Positions 50,467 through 62,376 of a stretch of DNA of 64,000 nucleotides are shown piece by piece. A program made the position numbers and the translations under genes. The DNA comes from Myxococcota bacterium. GTDB lineage: Bacteria; Myxococcota_A; Polyangia; Nannocystales; Nannocystaceae. The DNA lies in contig JBCCHT010000001.1 of NCBI GenBank assembly GCA_039028615.1, forward strand, positions 672,001 through 736,000. The letters run 5' to 3'. Under the pieces are notes generated by a model, which worked only from the letters and a program-made list of their open reading frames with translations, was not told where the DNA came from and did no database searches. Position 1 is the stretch's first letter, and each line of letters begins with the position of its first letter.

Positions 50467-52320
50467 ATGGCCGCGATCCCAGACGACAAGGTCCAAGAAG
50501 TACGGGACCGGGTCGACATCGTCGACCTCATCGGGCGCTACGTCGAGCTCCGACGCTCGGGGCGCAACTACGTCGGACTGTGCCCCTTCCACCAGGAGCG
50601 CACGCCGAGCTTCAACGTCAACCCCGCGCTGCGCGGCTACAAGTGCTTCGGCTGCGGCGCGGGCGGGGACGCCATCCGCTTCGTGATGGAGATCGAGGGC
50701 AAGGGCTTCGTCGAGACCATCGTCAAGCTCGCCGAGATGTTCGGCGTCACCCTGCCGGCCAACGTCGCCCGCGGCAGCGGTCCCGATCGCAGCGAGCGGG
50801 ACGACGCCTATGCGCTCATGCGCATGACCACCGATCTGTATCGCGAGATCCTGCTGCACCATCCCGACGGCGCGGCGGGCCGTGCCTACCTCGAAGCGCG
50901 GGGCATCAACGAGGCCGCGGCCGAGGCCTTCCGCCTGGGCTACGCCCCCTCGCCCGACGAGGCGAGCTGGGATCGACTCGTCCGCGCCATTCGTGACGCG
51001 AAGCTGTCGGTCGAACTCGCGCAAAAACTCGGTTTGATCCGGGCGAACGAGCGCCGCGGCTCGCTCTACGATGCCTTCCGCGGCCGCCTGATGTTCCCCG
51101 TGATCCAGCCCGGCGGCGAAGTGATCGCGTTCTCGGGACGCATCGTGCCTCCGCACGACGAAGCCAAAGACGGATCTCCTCCGCCGAAGTACGTCAACTC
51201 GAGCGAGTCCTTCCTCTTCCACAAGAGCAACACCCTGTTCGGGCTCGCCGTCGCGCGACCGGCCATTCGTGGCAAGGGACGCGCGGTTCTCGTGGAGGGC
51301 AACGTCGACGTGGTGACCCTGCACCAGCGCGGCCACGAAGAGACGGTGGCCCCGCTCGGCACCGCACTCACCGAGACCCAGGCCCGACTCATGGCCCGGT
51401 TCACCTCGCAGGTCGTGATGTGCTTCGACGGCGACGCGGCCGGTCGCAAAGCCGCGGGTGCGGCCCTGCCCCTGCTGCTCGAGCAAGATCTCGACGTTCG
51501 CTTGGTGCTGCTGCCCGACGGCGAAGACCCGGACAGCCTGGGCCCCGAGCGCTTCGCAAACCTGCTCGCAGAGGCCCGTTCCGCCCTTCAGGTGGCCATG
51601 ACCCGCCTCGCGGCCCGGGCCGGAGAGTCGCCCGACGCCCGGGCGCGCGCGCTCGATCGCACCGTGGGGCTCATCCGCCGGGTCCGTCGCCCGTCCGCCC
51701 GATCGTTCTACGCAGAGAGCGCAGCGGCCCTCTTCGGAGTTCCGCTCGATCGCCTTCAGCGGGCTCTTCACGAAAACTCCCGCCAATCCGCTGGGCTATC
51801 GGGGCCGCCTATGCAACCATCCGCGGCCGTGCGCTCGTTTGCTCCGTTGCCCGAGGCCCAGGCCGAGCTCACGATGTTGTTGGTCGACGTTCCCCACCTC
51901 GCGACGCTGGCCGAGCGTAGCGGGGCGCGCGAGCACGTCGACGACCAGCGACTGCGCCCCATCCTGCAGGCGGTGCTCGACGGAGCCCACGAAGGCCGCT
52001 CGGTCACCATGCCCGAGCTGCTCGCCAAGATCGAACCCGAGTCGCAGCCCCTCATGCTCGAGCGCGTGCTCAGTGGCAAGTACCGGGGTGGCGACGACGG
52101 GGGTCTCGAGGTCGACCCCAAGGTCGAGCTGCAGACCCTCCTCCACCGCTGCCGCGAAGAGGCCCTCGGGGCCCGCGTCCGGCAGCTCGACCACGAATAC
52201 CGTGCCGCCCAGACCAGCGGCGACGTCGAACGCCAGCGCGAGCTCCAACGCCAGCGCTTCGCGCTTCGTCGTCAACAAGCCGAGCTCCGCGAGGGCGACC
52301 TGCCCCTCCCCAACGCCTAA
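50467..52320 (+). CDS. dnaG: DNA primase
   Basis: CPFHQERTPSF...CFGC zinc ribbon, FRGRLMFP, KYVNS, VEGNVD, PLGTALT, FDGDAAG, DPD. Confidence 0.97.
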   Translation: MAAIPDDKVQEVRDRVDIVDLIGRYVELRRSGRNYVGLCPFHQERTPSFNVNPALRGYKCFGCGAGGDAIRFVMEIEGKGFVETIVKLAEMFGVTLPANVARGSGPDRSERDDAYALMRMTTDLYREILLHHPDGAAGRAYLEARGINEAAAEAFRLGYAPSPDEASWDRLVRAIRDAKLSVELAQKLGLIRANERRGSLYDAFRGRLMFPVIQPGGEVIAFSGRIVPPHDEAKDGSPPPKYVNSSESFLFHKSNTLFGLAVARPAIRGKGRAVLVEGNVDVVTLHQRGHEETVAPLGTALTETQARLMARFTSQVVMCFDGDAAGRKAAGAALPLLLEQDLDVRLVLLPDGEDPDSLGPERFANLLAEARSALQVAMTRLAARAGESPDARARALDRTVGLIRRVRRPSARSFYAESAAALFGVPLDRLQRALHENSRQSAGLSGPPMQPSAAVRSFAPLPEAQAELTMLLVDVPHLATLAERSGAREHVDDQRLRPILQAVLDGAHEGRSVTMPELLAKIEPESQPLMLERVLSGKYRGGDDGGLEVDPKVELQTLLHRCREEALGARVRQLDHEYRAAQTSGDVERQRELQRQRFALRRQQAELREGDLPLPNA

Positions 52321-52359
52321 GCCCTTACCCTTTCATCCGTCCCTCGGATCGAGGCCGAC

Positions 52360-54150
<1,791 letters not shown>

Positions 54151-54161
54151 GATCGGCGGCG

Positions 54162-56528
54162 ATGGCCGCCGCACGGATTTCCGACCGCCTCCTCGCCCTG
54201 CTCCCGGCCGCGCTGGCGGTCGGTCTGTCTGCGTGTGGGAGCTCGGGGTCACGACAAGAGCCCGAGCGGACCCAGGACCGCTCGAACGCCGAGGGCAGCA
54301 AAGATCCTCCCGAGATCGCGGGACCCCAAGTTCCGATCTACGTTCGCGGCGCGCCGCAGAGCCCAGAGGTCCTGCTCGAGCGACTGAGCCCGCGCCTCGA
54401 GCTGGAGGTCATGCAGACCGAGACCACGGCCGGCGTGATGACCGTGACCGGACAGTGTCGCGATCAGCCCTGCCGCCTCAGCATCTACGTGAACTCCGGG
54501 GCGGTGGACTTCAGCCTGATCGAAGAGCGCGAAGAGCCGGTGGTGCCCGACGGCGGACTGCCCGAGCTGCGGGAGTTCGAGCGGCCTCGCCTGCCACCGA
54601 TCGGGGGCCGCCCCCTGCCGCGACCGGGGTCCGGCATTCCGCTCCCGCCCGCCCCCGATTCGCCACCATCTCCCACCCCAGAGCCCGACACCGAAGCGCT
54701 GTGGGCAGACGCGCAGGAGTTCATCGCCCTCGTCGCGCCGATGCCCGAACATGTCCGGTCGTCGGCCGAGACCCGAGGCGGCGACCTGTTCATCTCCGTC
54801 GATCCGCAGTGGTCCGTCGGCGAGAACCTCGAGGCCATCGTCGTGGGCGCGGGCGCCCGGCTCCGCTATCGCGAGGGGCGGCTCGTCGGTGCGTGGGTCC
54901 TGCTGCCCACCGCCTCGCCCGCCGAGCGAATCTCGACGCCCCCGTGGGCTCGTGTCGAAGCCGAGGTCTCGGCCCTGGGCGCGATCGCAGGGGACCCCGT
55001 GCTGGCCTACCGAAGCTCGCCGAGCGAAGGGCCCGGGCCCGCGTACCCCGGCCTCGTGGTGTTCACCGGGCCTCCCCCGGATTCCGAGCACGAGCACGAG
55101 CGGGTCGTCGCGGGTAGCCATCACCACGGCCGCACGCTGTTCTTGCAGATGTGTGTGACCGACGACCAGTGTGGCGGGAGCACCTGCGACGACAACCTCT
55201 GCACGGGCATGACCACGCTGGCCGGCGACCTCGATCGGGGCGATGGCAACGACACGGGCGAAGACGACGGCGGTGACGACGAGGGTGGAGCCCCCGAGGA
55301 ATCCGACGGCCCGCAGCTATTCGACGAGGACATCGACGTCGATGCGATCTGCGGCGAGCAGACCCCTCCCGACCGCCTCGCCTTCAGCTCCGGAGGAGGC
55401 TGGACCGGGGTCGCCCGCAACGTCAGTCGACTCGGCCTCGTCCTGGACGACGTCGAGCTGAGCAAGAACTCCTTTGCTGGTCGGGTCGAGTCCGTGCGGG
55501 GCTACACGCTGAAGACCAGCCGTGGTGAGTTTCAGTGCAACCTCGACCACGAGCTGTCGCAGCCGACCGGGCCCGCCACCGGCCTCGGCCCGCATCCCCG
55601 TGGCGATTGCTACTCCACCCTCACCAAGCCCGCGATTCGCCAGATCACCACGTCGGGCGGCGGCCCTCGGGCGGGCAAAGACCTGGCCATCGAGTCGGTC
55701 TACTGCGTCGACGGTTTCCCCGCCAAGGTCGATCGCGCGGTCGCGGAAGAGTGCCGAGCCAAGCTGATCATCGCCCAGCGCTACATCTTCCAACCTCCGC
55801 AATCGGGTCAGACCGGCAACCTCGACATGGGCGACGCGGCGACGTGGAACCCGGCCATCGACTACGTGTGGATCGACCCCCCTGCGCACTGTCCCCAGGT
55901 GAAGTTCCAGGACATCACCTTCCGCACCAAGATCGACAACGATGTCCCCAGCCCCGACGTCGCGGGGTTCTTCAAGGATCCCGACAACCGCTGGATGATC
56001 GTCGCCACCGTCCCCTCTCTCGAGAAGGAATCGAGCACCACGCTGGCCGTGCGCGGCAGCCCGGGCGCCCACGACAACGTCCACCAAAAGGACGTCAAGC
56101 GCGTCACGGAGCTGGGTGGCGTGACCTCGGGATTCCTGCTCGCTCCGCCGACCTCCCACGGGGTCGTCATCGTCACCAAGCAGCAGCTGAAGATGGGTCT
56201 CGAGGCCGCCGCAGCGATCACCATCCCCGGCTGCTCGGGGGCCATGTCGGGGCAGTACAAGTGTGCCCACTACCACTGGCGCTGGGGTACGGCGCTGGGC
56301 AAGAAGTTTCCCAACGTGTTCGTACCGACCGGAGGCACGGCGGGCACCGTGCTCACGCCCGCCTCACAGACGGTGACCGGTCGCTTCACCAAGCCGGTCA
56401 GCGCCAAGGACCTGCCCATCGACAAATTCGACCCGATCAAGGGCTCGGACCTGCAGCTGTACCTGACCGTGACCTCGGACGCGGCCCAAGACCGCGTCCA
56501 CTACCACGAGCATTTCTTCTTCCGCTGA
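54162..56528 (+). CDS. Large hypothetical lipoprotein
   Basis: LSAC lipobox; Pro-rich and acidic linkers; Cys cluster CVTDDQCGGSTCDDNLC; starts 11 nt after the rpoD stop. Confidence 0.7.
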   Translation: MAAARISDRLLALLPAALAVGLSACGSSGSRQEPERTQDRSNAEGSKDPPEIAGPQVPIYVRGAPQSPEVLLERLSPRLELEVMQTETTAGVMTVTGQCRDQPCRLSIYVNSGAVDFSLIEEREEPVVPDGGLPELREFERPRLPPIGGRPLPRPGSGIPLPPAPDSPPSPTPEPDTEALWADAQEFIALVAPMPEHVRSSAETRGGDLFISVDPQWSVGENLEAIVVGAGARLRYREGRLVGAWVLLPTASPAERISTPPWARVEAEVSALGAIAGDPVLAYRSSPSEGPGPAYPGLVVFTGPPPDSEHEHERVVAGSHHHGRTLFLQMCVTDDQCGGSTCDDNLCTGMTTLAGDLDRGDGNDTGEDDGGDDEGGAPEESDGPQLFDEDIDVDAICGEQTPPDRLAFSSGGGWTGVARNVSRLGLVLDDVELSKNSFAGRVESVRGYTLKTSRGEFQCNLDHELSQPTGPATGLGPHPRGDCYSTLTKPAIRQITTSGGGPRAGKDLAIESVYCVDGFPAKVDRAVAEECRAKLIIAQRYIFQPPQSGQTGNLDMGDAATWNPAIDYVWIDPPAHCPQVKFQDITFRTKIDNDVPSPDVAGFFKDPDNRWMIVATVPSLEKESSTTLAVRGSPGAHDNVHQKDVKRVTELGGVTSGFLLAPPTSHGVVIVTKQQLKMGLEAAAAITIPGCSGAMSGQYKCAHYHWRWGTALGKKFPNVFVPTGGTAGTVLTPASQTVTGRFTKPVSAKDLPIDKFDPIKGSDLQLYLTVTSDAAQDRVHYHEHFFFR

Positions 56529-56544
56529 TCCCGGGCGCACCCGG

Positions 56545-57441
56545 TCAGTCGAAGCGGGGCTCCCGGCCGAGCAGGTCCGGCAGCGCGACCCAGCCGGTCT
56601 TGCCGTCGAAGCACACCAGCAGCTCGTCGTCTTCGAGGTGGGCGCCGAGGTCGTCGTCGTCGATCACTTCGCTGAGCCGCAGGGCGCCGAAGATCTCGCC
56701 GCGGTCCTCTAGGAACCACTTCTTGCGGGTCCGCTGACGCCCGAGCAAACCGCGAAGGCGCTCGAGCTCCTGCAGGTACTCCTCGCGCTCCTCTGGATCC
56801 CAGATGCCGTTACGGTTGGCGTCCCAGTGCGTCAGCAAGCCGGCGTTGGCTTCGACCGCCTCGCGGCGCGCCGCCTCGGCCTCGACCGCGTCGCCGATGC
56901 GCCCCAGCTGCTCCGCTTCTTTGGTGAAGCCCTGCGCCCGCAGTCGCTCCTGGTGCTTGTGCAGCTCGGTGAGCAGGTGAGCCTCACGCCAGCGCGAGGG
57001 CATGAGATCGAGGCGCGCCAAGATCCACGGGGTGAACATGCCCGTGCCCGGCACGGGGAAGGCCGAGTTTGCGGCGGCGATGAGCCCCGCGGGGAAGACC
57101 TTGACCAGGTCGACCAGCTGCGCGCGCACCTTGTCGCGGTCCTCGGGCGACAGCGGGCCGCCTTGGATCCGCCCGAGCAACAAGCCCATGACCTCGCGGC
57201 TCTCTTGCAGCTCGCCCACGAAGTTGCCCCAGTGCCGCCCCGCGGCCGTCCGGACGCGACCGGTCACCCGCCGCACCAAGCCGGGCGGGCGCTCGAGCAC
57301 CTCGAGCTCGATCTGGATTTCGTGCAGCTCGTGGATGTCGTAGCCCGCGACGCCGAGCTGCTTGGTGAGCGCCGCCAGGCGAACGCCGACCTCGACCCGC
57401 TCATCGGGATCCGACGGAGGCGCTTCGGCGTCAGAAGCCAT
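56545..57441 (-). CDS. LETM1-like domain protein with EF-hand and GYF_2-like C-terminus
   Basis: ELQESRE...LSPEDRDKVRAQLVDLVKVFP...PGT...LMPS; DANRNGIWDPEE; WFLEDRGEIFG...LVCFDGKTGW. Confidence 0.65.
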   Translation of the reverse strand: MASDAEAPPSDPDERVEVGVRLAALTKQLGVAGYDIHELHEIQIELEVLERPPGLVRRVTGRVRTAAGRHWGNFVGELQESREVMGLLLGRIQGGPLSPEDRDKVRAQLVDLVKVFPAGLIAAANSAFPVPGTGMFTPWILARLDLMPSRWREAHLLTELHKHQERLRAQGFTKEAEQLGRIGDAVEAEAARREAVEANAGLLTHWDANRNGIWDPEEREEYLQELERLRGLLGRQRTRKKWFLEDRGEIFGALRLSEVIDDDDLGAHLEDDELLVCFDGKTGWVALPDLLGREPRFD

Positions 57442-57538
57442 CGAGCCTCACGATAGCAGCTCCTCGACAGGCCTTCCGGCAGGTCACCGGTCGGTGCCGC
57501 GATGGGGCACATCGCGACACCGCTCGTGGTCAATCGAG

Positions 57539-57898
57539 TCAGACTGGGCCAACGGCGTGGCTCGAGGTCAGCGTATGTGGGACGCCAGCCTGATCGGTCA
57601 CCCGGAACGAGCTGTGGATCCGCCCCGACTCGATGGGGGCTGGGCCAAAGCCGCGAGCGGCCAGCGTCTCGTGCACCTGGGGCAAGCCGTCGACCATCAA
57701 GTCGAAGCCGGGTGCGTCGGCCGACCCTTCGCGTACGACGAGGTGGGTGCCGCCTCGGACCTCGACGATGGCGAGGCTGCCCGAGCGGTGCACCACCCGA
57801 GCCCCCAGGGCGTCGAGGAACGCGAGCGTCGAGTCCACGTCGGGCGTGGACAGCTTGAGATGACCAATGGCGACGGAGGGACGAAGATCTCGGTTCAT
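57539..57898 (-). CDS. VOC/glyoxalase family protein
   Basis: IGHLKLSTPDVDSTLAFL..LG; FDLMVD; SFRVTDQAG. Confidence 0.8.
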   Translation of the reverse strand: MNRDLRPSVAIGHLKLSTPDVDSTLAFLDALGARVVHRSGSLAIVEVRGGTHLVVREGSADAPGFDLMVDGLPQVHETLAARGFGPAPIESGRIHSSFRVTDQAGVPHTLTSSHAVGPV

Positions 57899-58056
57899 GG
57901 CTTGGAGAACTACGTCACCGTCTCGGCCGGCGTTACGGTCCGGCCAACGCCACCCCCGTCGGCCCCGATGAGCCCGTCGTGCGTCATCAGCGTACGTCGG
58001 TCCCCTGGGGGCTCATCGTGGCTACGTCGCCGTTTTCGGCGTCGGCTCTTCCCGCC

Positions 58057-59334
<1,278 letters not shown>

Positions 59335-59435
59335 GATTGAACGAGCGAGCACGGCGATGACCTGCGCGGACCCTAGCATCGACGGCCACCGATTCGCGCC
59401 CGATTCGTCCCTCCAGGCGGTATTGTGGGCATGCG

Positions 59436-60194
59436 ATGAGCGACGCCCTCTTCGATGACGATGTCCAGCTCCTGCCCGCCGACTGGGACGTCCCGCCGAG
59501 CATTCGTGGCCGGCTGGGCCACAGCATCGGCCGACAGCGAGCCATGTTCGAGGGCGGGCACCTACTGCTGGTCACGCACCGCGTCCCCGACCCCGAAGAT
59601 CACGAGCGCCGCGGCTGCCTCGCCTGGCGTGACCTCACGGGTCGCTGGCGCAGCACGGACGGCCGTGAAGGGCGCCTGGCCCTGCGCGAGACCATCGACG
59701 AATACCAGACCACCCTCGCCGGCCTCGACGATCGCCTCGAACGCCAGCTGGCCATTCACGACCACTTCGAGGTCCTCGAGCACCTCGCTCCGATCACCCG
59801 GGCGGCGCGGCACCTGCACGCCACGCTCCAGCAGGGTCGCGAGGCGTGCCGCGACGACCGAGCCCTCATCGACCTGCGCGACCAGGCCTACGCGATGGAG
59901 CGCCGCGCGGAGCTGCTCACCGTCGACGCCCGCTTCTCCCTCGACCGCGCCCTGGCCCGCAGCTCCCACGAGCACACGGTGGCCAGTCGGCAGGGGGCCG
60001 AAGCGACCGATCGCCTCAATCGCATGGCGGCGACCTTCCTTCCCATCGGAACGGTCGCCGCCCTGCTGGGGATGAACATCCCCTCGGGGCTCGAGGGCCT
60101 CCCCGCCCCCTGGCCCTTCGTGTTGGTCGTGGTGGTGGGCCTGCTCATCGGCATGGCCCTGAGCTGGACCATCCACCGACCGACCTCGAGCTGA
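59436..60194 (+). CDS. CorA-like divalent cation transporter
   Basis: RLNRMAATFLPIGTVAALLGMN followed by a second TM. Confidence 0.8.
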   Translation: MSDALFDDDVQLLPADWDVPPSIRGRLGHSIGRQRAMFEGGHLLLVTHRVPDPEDHERRGCLAWRDLTGRWRSTDGREGRLALRETIDEYQTTLAGLDDRLERQLAIHDHFEVLEHLAPITRAARHLHATLQQGREACRDDRALIDLRDQAYAMERRAELLTVDARFSLDRALARSSHEHTVASRQGAEATDRLNRMAATFLPIGTVAALLGMNIPSGLEGLPAPWPFVLVVVVGLLIGMALSWTIHRPTSS

Positions 60195-60203
60195 TCCTCG
60201 AGC

Positions 60204-60362
60204 CTACGAATCGGCCGGCGCCGCTTCGGCCGACTCGACGTGGCACTTGCAGGCGGGCTTGCCGTTTTGAGCCGGCAGCGCCATCGCGGTGCGCTTCTTG
60301 CCGAGCGCGATTCCACCCCGCACCTGCTTGAGATCCGAGAGCGTCAATTGCTTGGTCTTCAT
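60204..60362 (-). CDS. Putative RiPP/bacteriocin precursor peptide 3 (52 aa, double-glycine leader)
   Basis: MKTKQLTLSDLKQVRGG/IALGKKRTAMALPAQNGKPACKCHVESAEAAPADS; AAGGAG SD upstream; paralogous to the two neighbours. Confidence 0.88.
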   Translation of the reverse strand: MKTKQLTLSDLKQVRGGIALGKKRTAMALPAQNGKPACKCHVESAEAAPADS

Positions 60363-60379
60363 CTTCTCGTACTCCTTCG

Positions 60380-60420
60380 AATATAGAAGCGGGAGACAGC
60401 CCATACGTGCTGCCTCCCGC
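60380..60420 (-). terminator. Stem-loop with U-rich tail between precursors 2 and 3
   Basis: Minus-strand GCGGGAGGCAGC-acgtatgg-GCTGTCTCCCGC (12 bp incl. one G-U) then TTCTATATT. Confidence 0.65.
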
Positions 60421-60440
60421 CATCACAGAGGGGGGGGGTC

Positions 60441-60623
60441 TCAGGCGGGGACGGCGGGGGCAGCCGCCGCGGCCGCGCCCTTGGCGACCTCGTCGTGGCA
60501 CTTGCAGGTGGGCACGCCTTCGACGGGCTCGGTCTCCCAGGTCTCGGTCTTCTTCCACTTGCCGATGGCCGCGGCACCGCGGACGTTCTTGAGATCGCTG
60601 AGGTTCAGTTCTTTCTTGTTCAT
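60441..60623 (-). CDS. Putative RiPP/bacteriocin precursor peptide 2 (60 aa, double-glycine leader)
   Basis: MNKKELNLSDLKNVRGA/AAIGKWKKTETWETEPVEGVPTCKCHDEVAKGAAAAAAPAVPA; AAGGA SD. Confidence 0.9.
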   Translation of the reverse strand: MNKKELNLSDLKNVRGAAAIGKWKKTETWETEPVEGVPTCKCHDEVAKGAAAAAAPAVPA

Positions 60624-60658
60624 GATGATGGTCCTTCTATTCGGTGTTGGGTTGGCGA

Positions 60659-60823
60659 TTAGCCGACTTCGGCGGGAGCAGCAGCGGCGGGCGACTCGCT
60701 GGTGCAGTCGCAGACGCGCTTGACGGTGCCCGTTACGTTCTCGGAGGACTGCTTCTTCTTGCCAGCCACCGCCGCTCCACGAACCTTACGGAGATCACCC
60801 AGGGTCAATTGCTTCTTGTTCAT
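60659..60823 (-). CDS. Putative RiPP/bacteriocin precursor peptide 1 (54 aa, double-glycine leader)
   Basis: MNKKQLTLGDLRKVRGA/AVAGKKKQSSENVTGTVKRVCDCTSESPAAAAPAEVG; hidden at the C-terminus of track ORF 60659..61243. Confidence 0.88.
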   Translation of the reverse strand: MNKKQLTLGDLRKVRGAAVAGKKKQSSENVTGTVKRVCDCTSESPAAAAPAEVG

Positions 60824-60854
60824 TTCGTCGTACCTGTTGGATCGAAGTTGTCTA

Positions 60855-62366
60855 TCAACCGTGTCTAAGCCAATGAAAATCGGGGCGAGCCTGCTCGTGC
60901 TCGCGTAGTGCCCGGGCCGCCGCACGCACTCGCGTCCGCGCGGGGGCCAGTCGGGCCATGAGTTCCTCGCTGCTCGTCGCATCGTCGAGTTCACGCAGCG
61001 CATCGTTGAAACAGTCGCGGGCCCGCAGCACCACCGGATCGGTGGGAGGCCCCGAGGAACCGGCGGGATAGAGCGCCCGGGCCTCGACACCGGGCTCCGG
61101 CCGGGCCATCTCGTAGACTCGGCACGGCCGCCCGCCGTCGTCGATATGAGCCGCGGGTGCGTCGTCGAGGTACTCGGCCGAGATTCCCCGTGCAGTGCGG
61201 CGCAGCATCGCCTCGTCGCCGCCGAAGCGACTCCACATGGCAAAGAGTCGCTCGGCGACGTCGTCTCGCTCTCCCCGCGTCAGCGGTGCTCGCTCGCAGA
61301 TCCTCGCCATGCCCCGGGCCACCGCCCGCAAGAACTCGCGCAGGCCGTCGCCGCGACGCCAGTCGTCACCCGCGGCGGCGAGCACCCGCATCACCTCGAT
61401 CATCGAGGCCTGCGCCTGCCGGACGAAGAACGCCAGCTCCTCGCCGGGGACCACCCCGAGGTTGGCGATTCGATCGGGCGCCTGCTCCCCCACCCCGCAG
61501 TACCGAATTCCGCAGGGGTGCCCCTGTCCCAGCACCGAAGCCAGCTCGAGGTCGAGGAAGCGGCCGTCGAGGGTGAAGTTGTTGTTGAAGGAGTGCCAGT
61601 AGATGCCCAGCTCGTACAGGCGCTGGAAGTTGTCGAGCCCGCGCCCGATCGCGGCCTCGATCGCCTCGCAGATCGCCGTGGGCGTAATGCCCTCGTCGCC
61701 CGCCTCTCCGCCCAGGCCGCGGTAGAGCAGCTCCAGCGGTTCGATCAGGTCGCCGTGTCCGACGTCCGTCTGCAAGCACTCGTGGATGAGGTTCGACCAG
61801 CGCAAGAACCCCGCCGGCTTGACCGAGATGGCCTGCACGACTCGATCGACGGGCGCCAGCCGGATGTTCTCCTCGCTCGTGTAGCTCCGCCACGCATCGC
61901 CGAACTCGGGGTCCATGTCGCGAGTCAAGATCGCGACGCAGGGCACGATGGTGTGCCCGGCCCCGACCGCTGCCAGGTAGTCGCTGACCAGCAGCTCCCG
62001 AACGGCTCCTGTCGCGGCCAAGTGACCCGTGCCATGCATGATCGAGCGCCGCACGTTCCAGTTCCAGGCGAACTGGGTGCGCCCCACCCCCTTGAGGTAG
62101 TGCCCCTCGAAGAACAGGGCGCGACCACTCCCCGGGCACCGCGAGGACGGGGCATGGGGCGCCCGCTGAGCGTCAGCCCAGCCCAGGTTCGGATCACGAA
62201 GGTCCCCCTTGCCCGCGGCGGCAAAGACCGGAATGCGGGACAGGTCCACTTGCCGGGCAAAGCGTTGGTACTTCGGCTCGGTCGCGACGAAGTCCGCCTC
62301 GCGAGTGGGCACACCGACCAGCCACGGAGCTCCGCCCGTGGAGTTCACATTCGAAAGTCGTTCCAT
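60855..62366 (-). CDS. SelO/YdiU (MchC-like) pseudokinase-fold protein, putative peptide adenylating/maturation enzyme
   Basis: GSGRA, YLKGVGRT, G.L...AVRELLVS, and NFTLDGRFLD with the N-x8-D metal-ligand spacing of SelO. Confidence 0.75.
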   Translation of the reverse strand: MERLSNVNSTGGAPWLVGVPTREADFVATEPKYQRFARQVDLSRIPVFAAAGKGDLRDPNLGWADAQRAPHAPSSRCPGSGRALFFEGHYLKGVGRTQFAWNWNVRRSIMHGTGHLAATGAVRELLVSDYLAAVGAGHTIVPCVAILTRDMDPEFGDAWRSYTSEENIRLAPVDRVVQAISVKPAGFLRWSNLIHECLQTDVGHGDLIEPLELLYRGLGGEAGDEGITPTAICEAIEAAIGRGLDNFQRLYELGIYWHSFNNNFTLDGRFLDLELASVLGQGHPCGIRYCGVGEQAPDRIANLGVVPGEELAFFVRQAQASMIEVMRVLAAAGDDWRRGDGLREFLRAVARGMARICERAPLTRGERDDVAERLFAMWSRFGGDEAMLRRTARGISAEYLDDAPAAHIDDGGRPCRVYEMARPEPGVEARALYPAGSSGPPTDPVVLRARDCFNDALRELDDATSSEELMARLAPARTRVRAAARALREHEQARPDFHWLRHG

Positions 62367-62376
62367 TGTCGTTGGC

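Noticed and set aside
59436..60194. CorA-like gene as part of the peptide cluster (immunity or metal link)
   Set aside because: Convergent orientation with its own -10 box; more likely the flanking gene, though not excluded
60204..60823. Assignment of the peptides as lanthipeptide, ranthipeptide or siderophore-microcin precursors
   Set aside because: No lanthionine synthetase, radical SAM, glycosyltransferase or Ser-rich C-terminus in the window; genes beyond 64000 could change this
60824..61243. N-terminal extension of ORF 60659..61243
   Set aside because: Out-of-frame overlap with the SelO-like gene; paralogy fixes the precursor start at 60823
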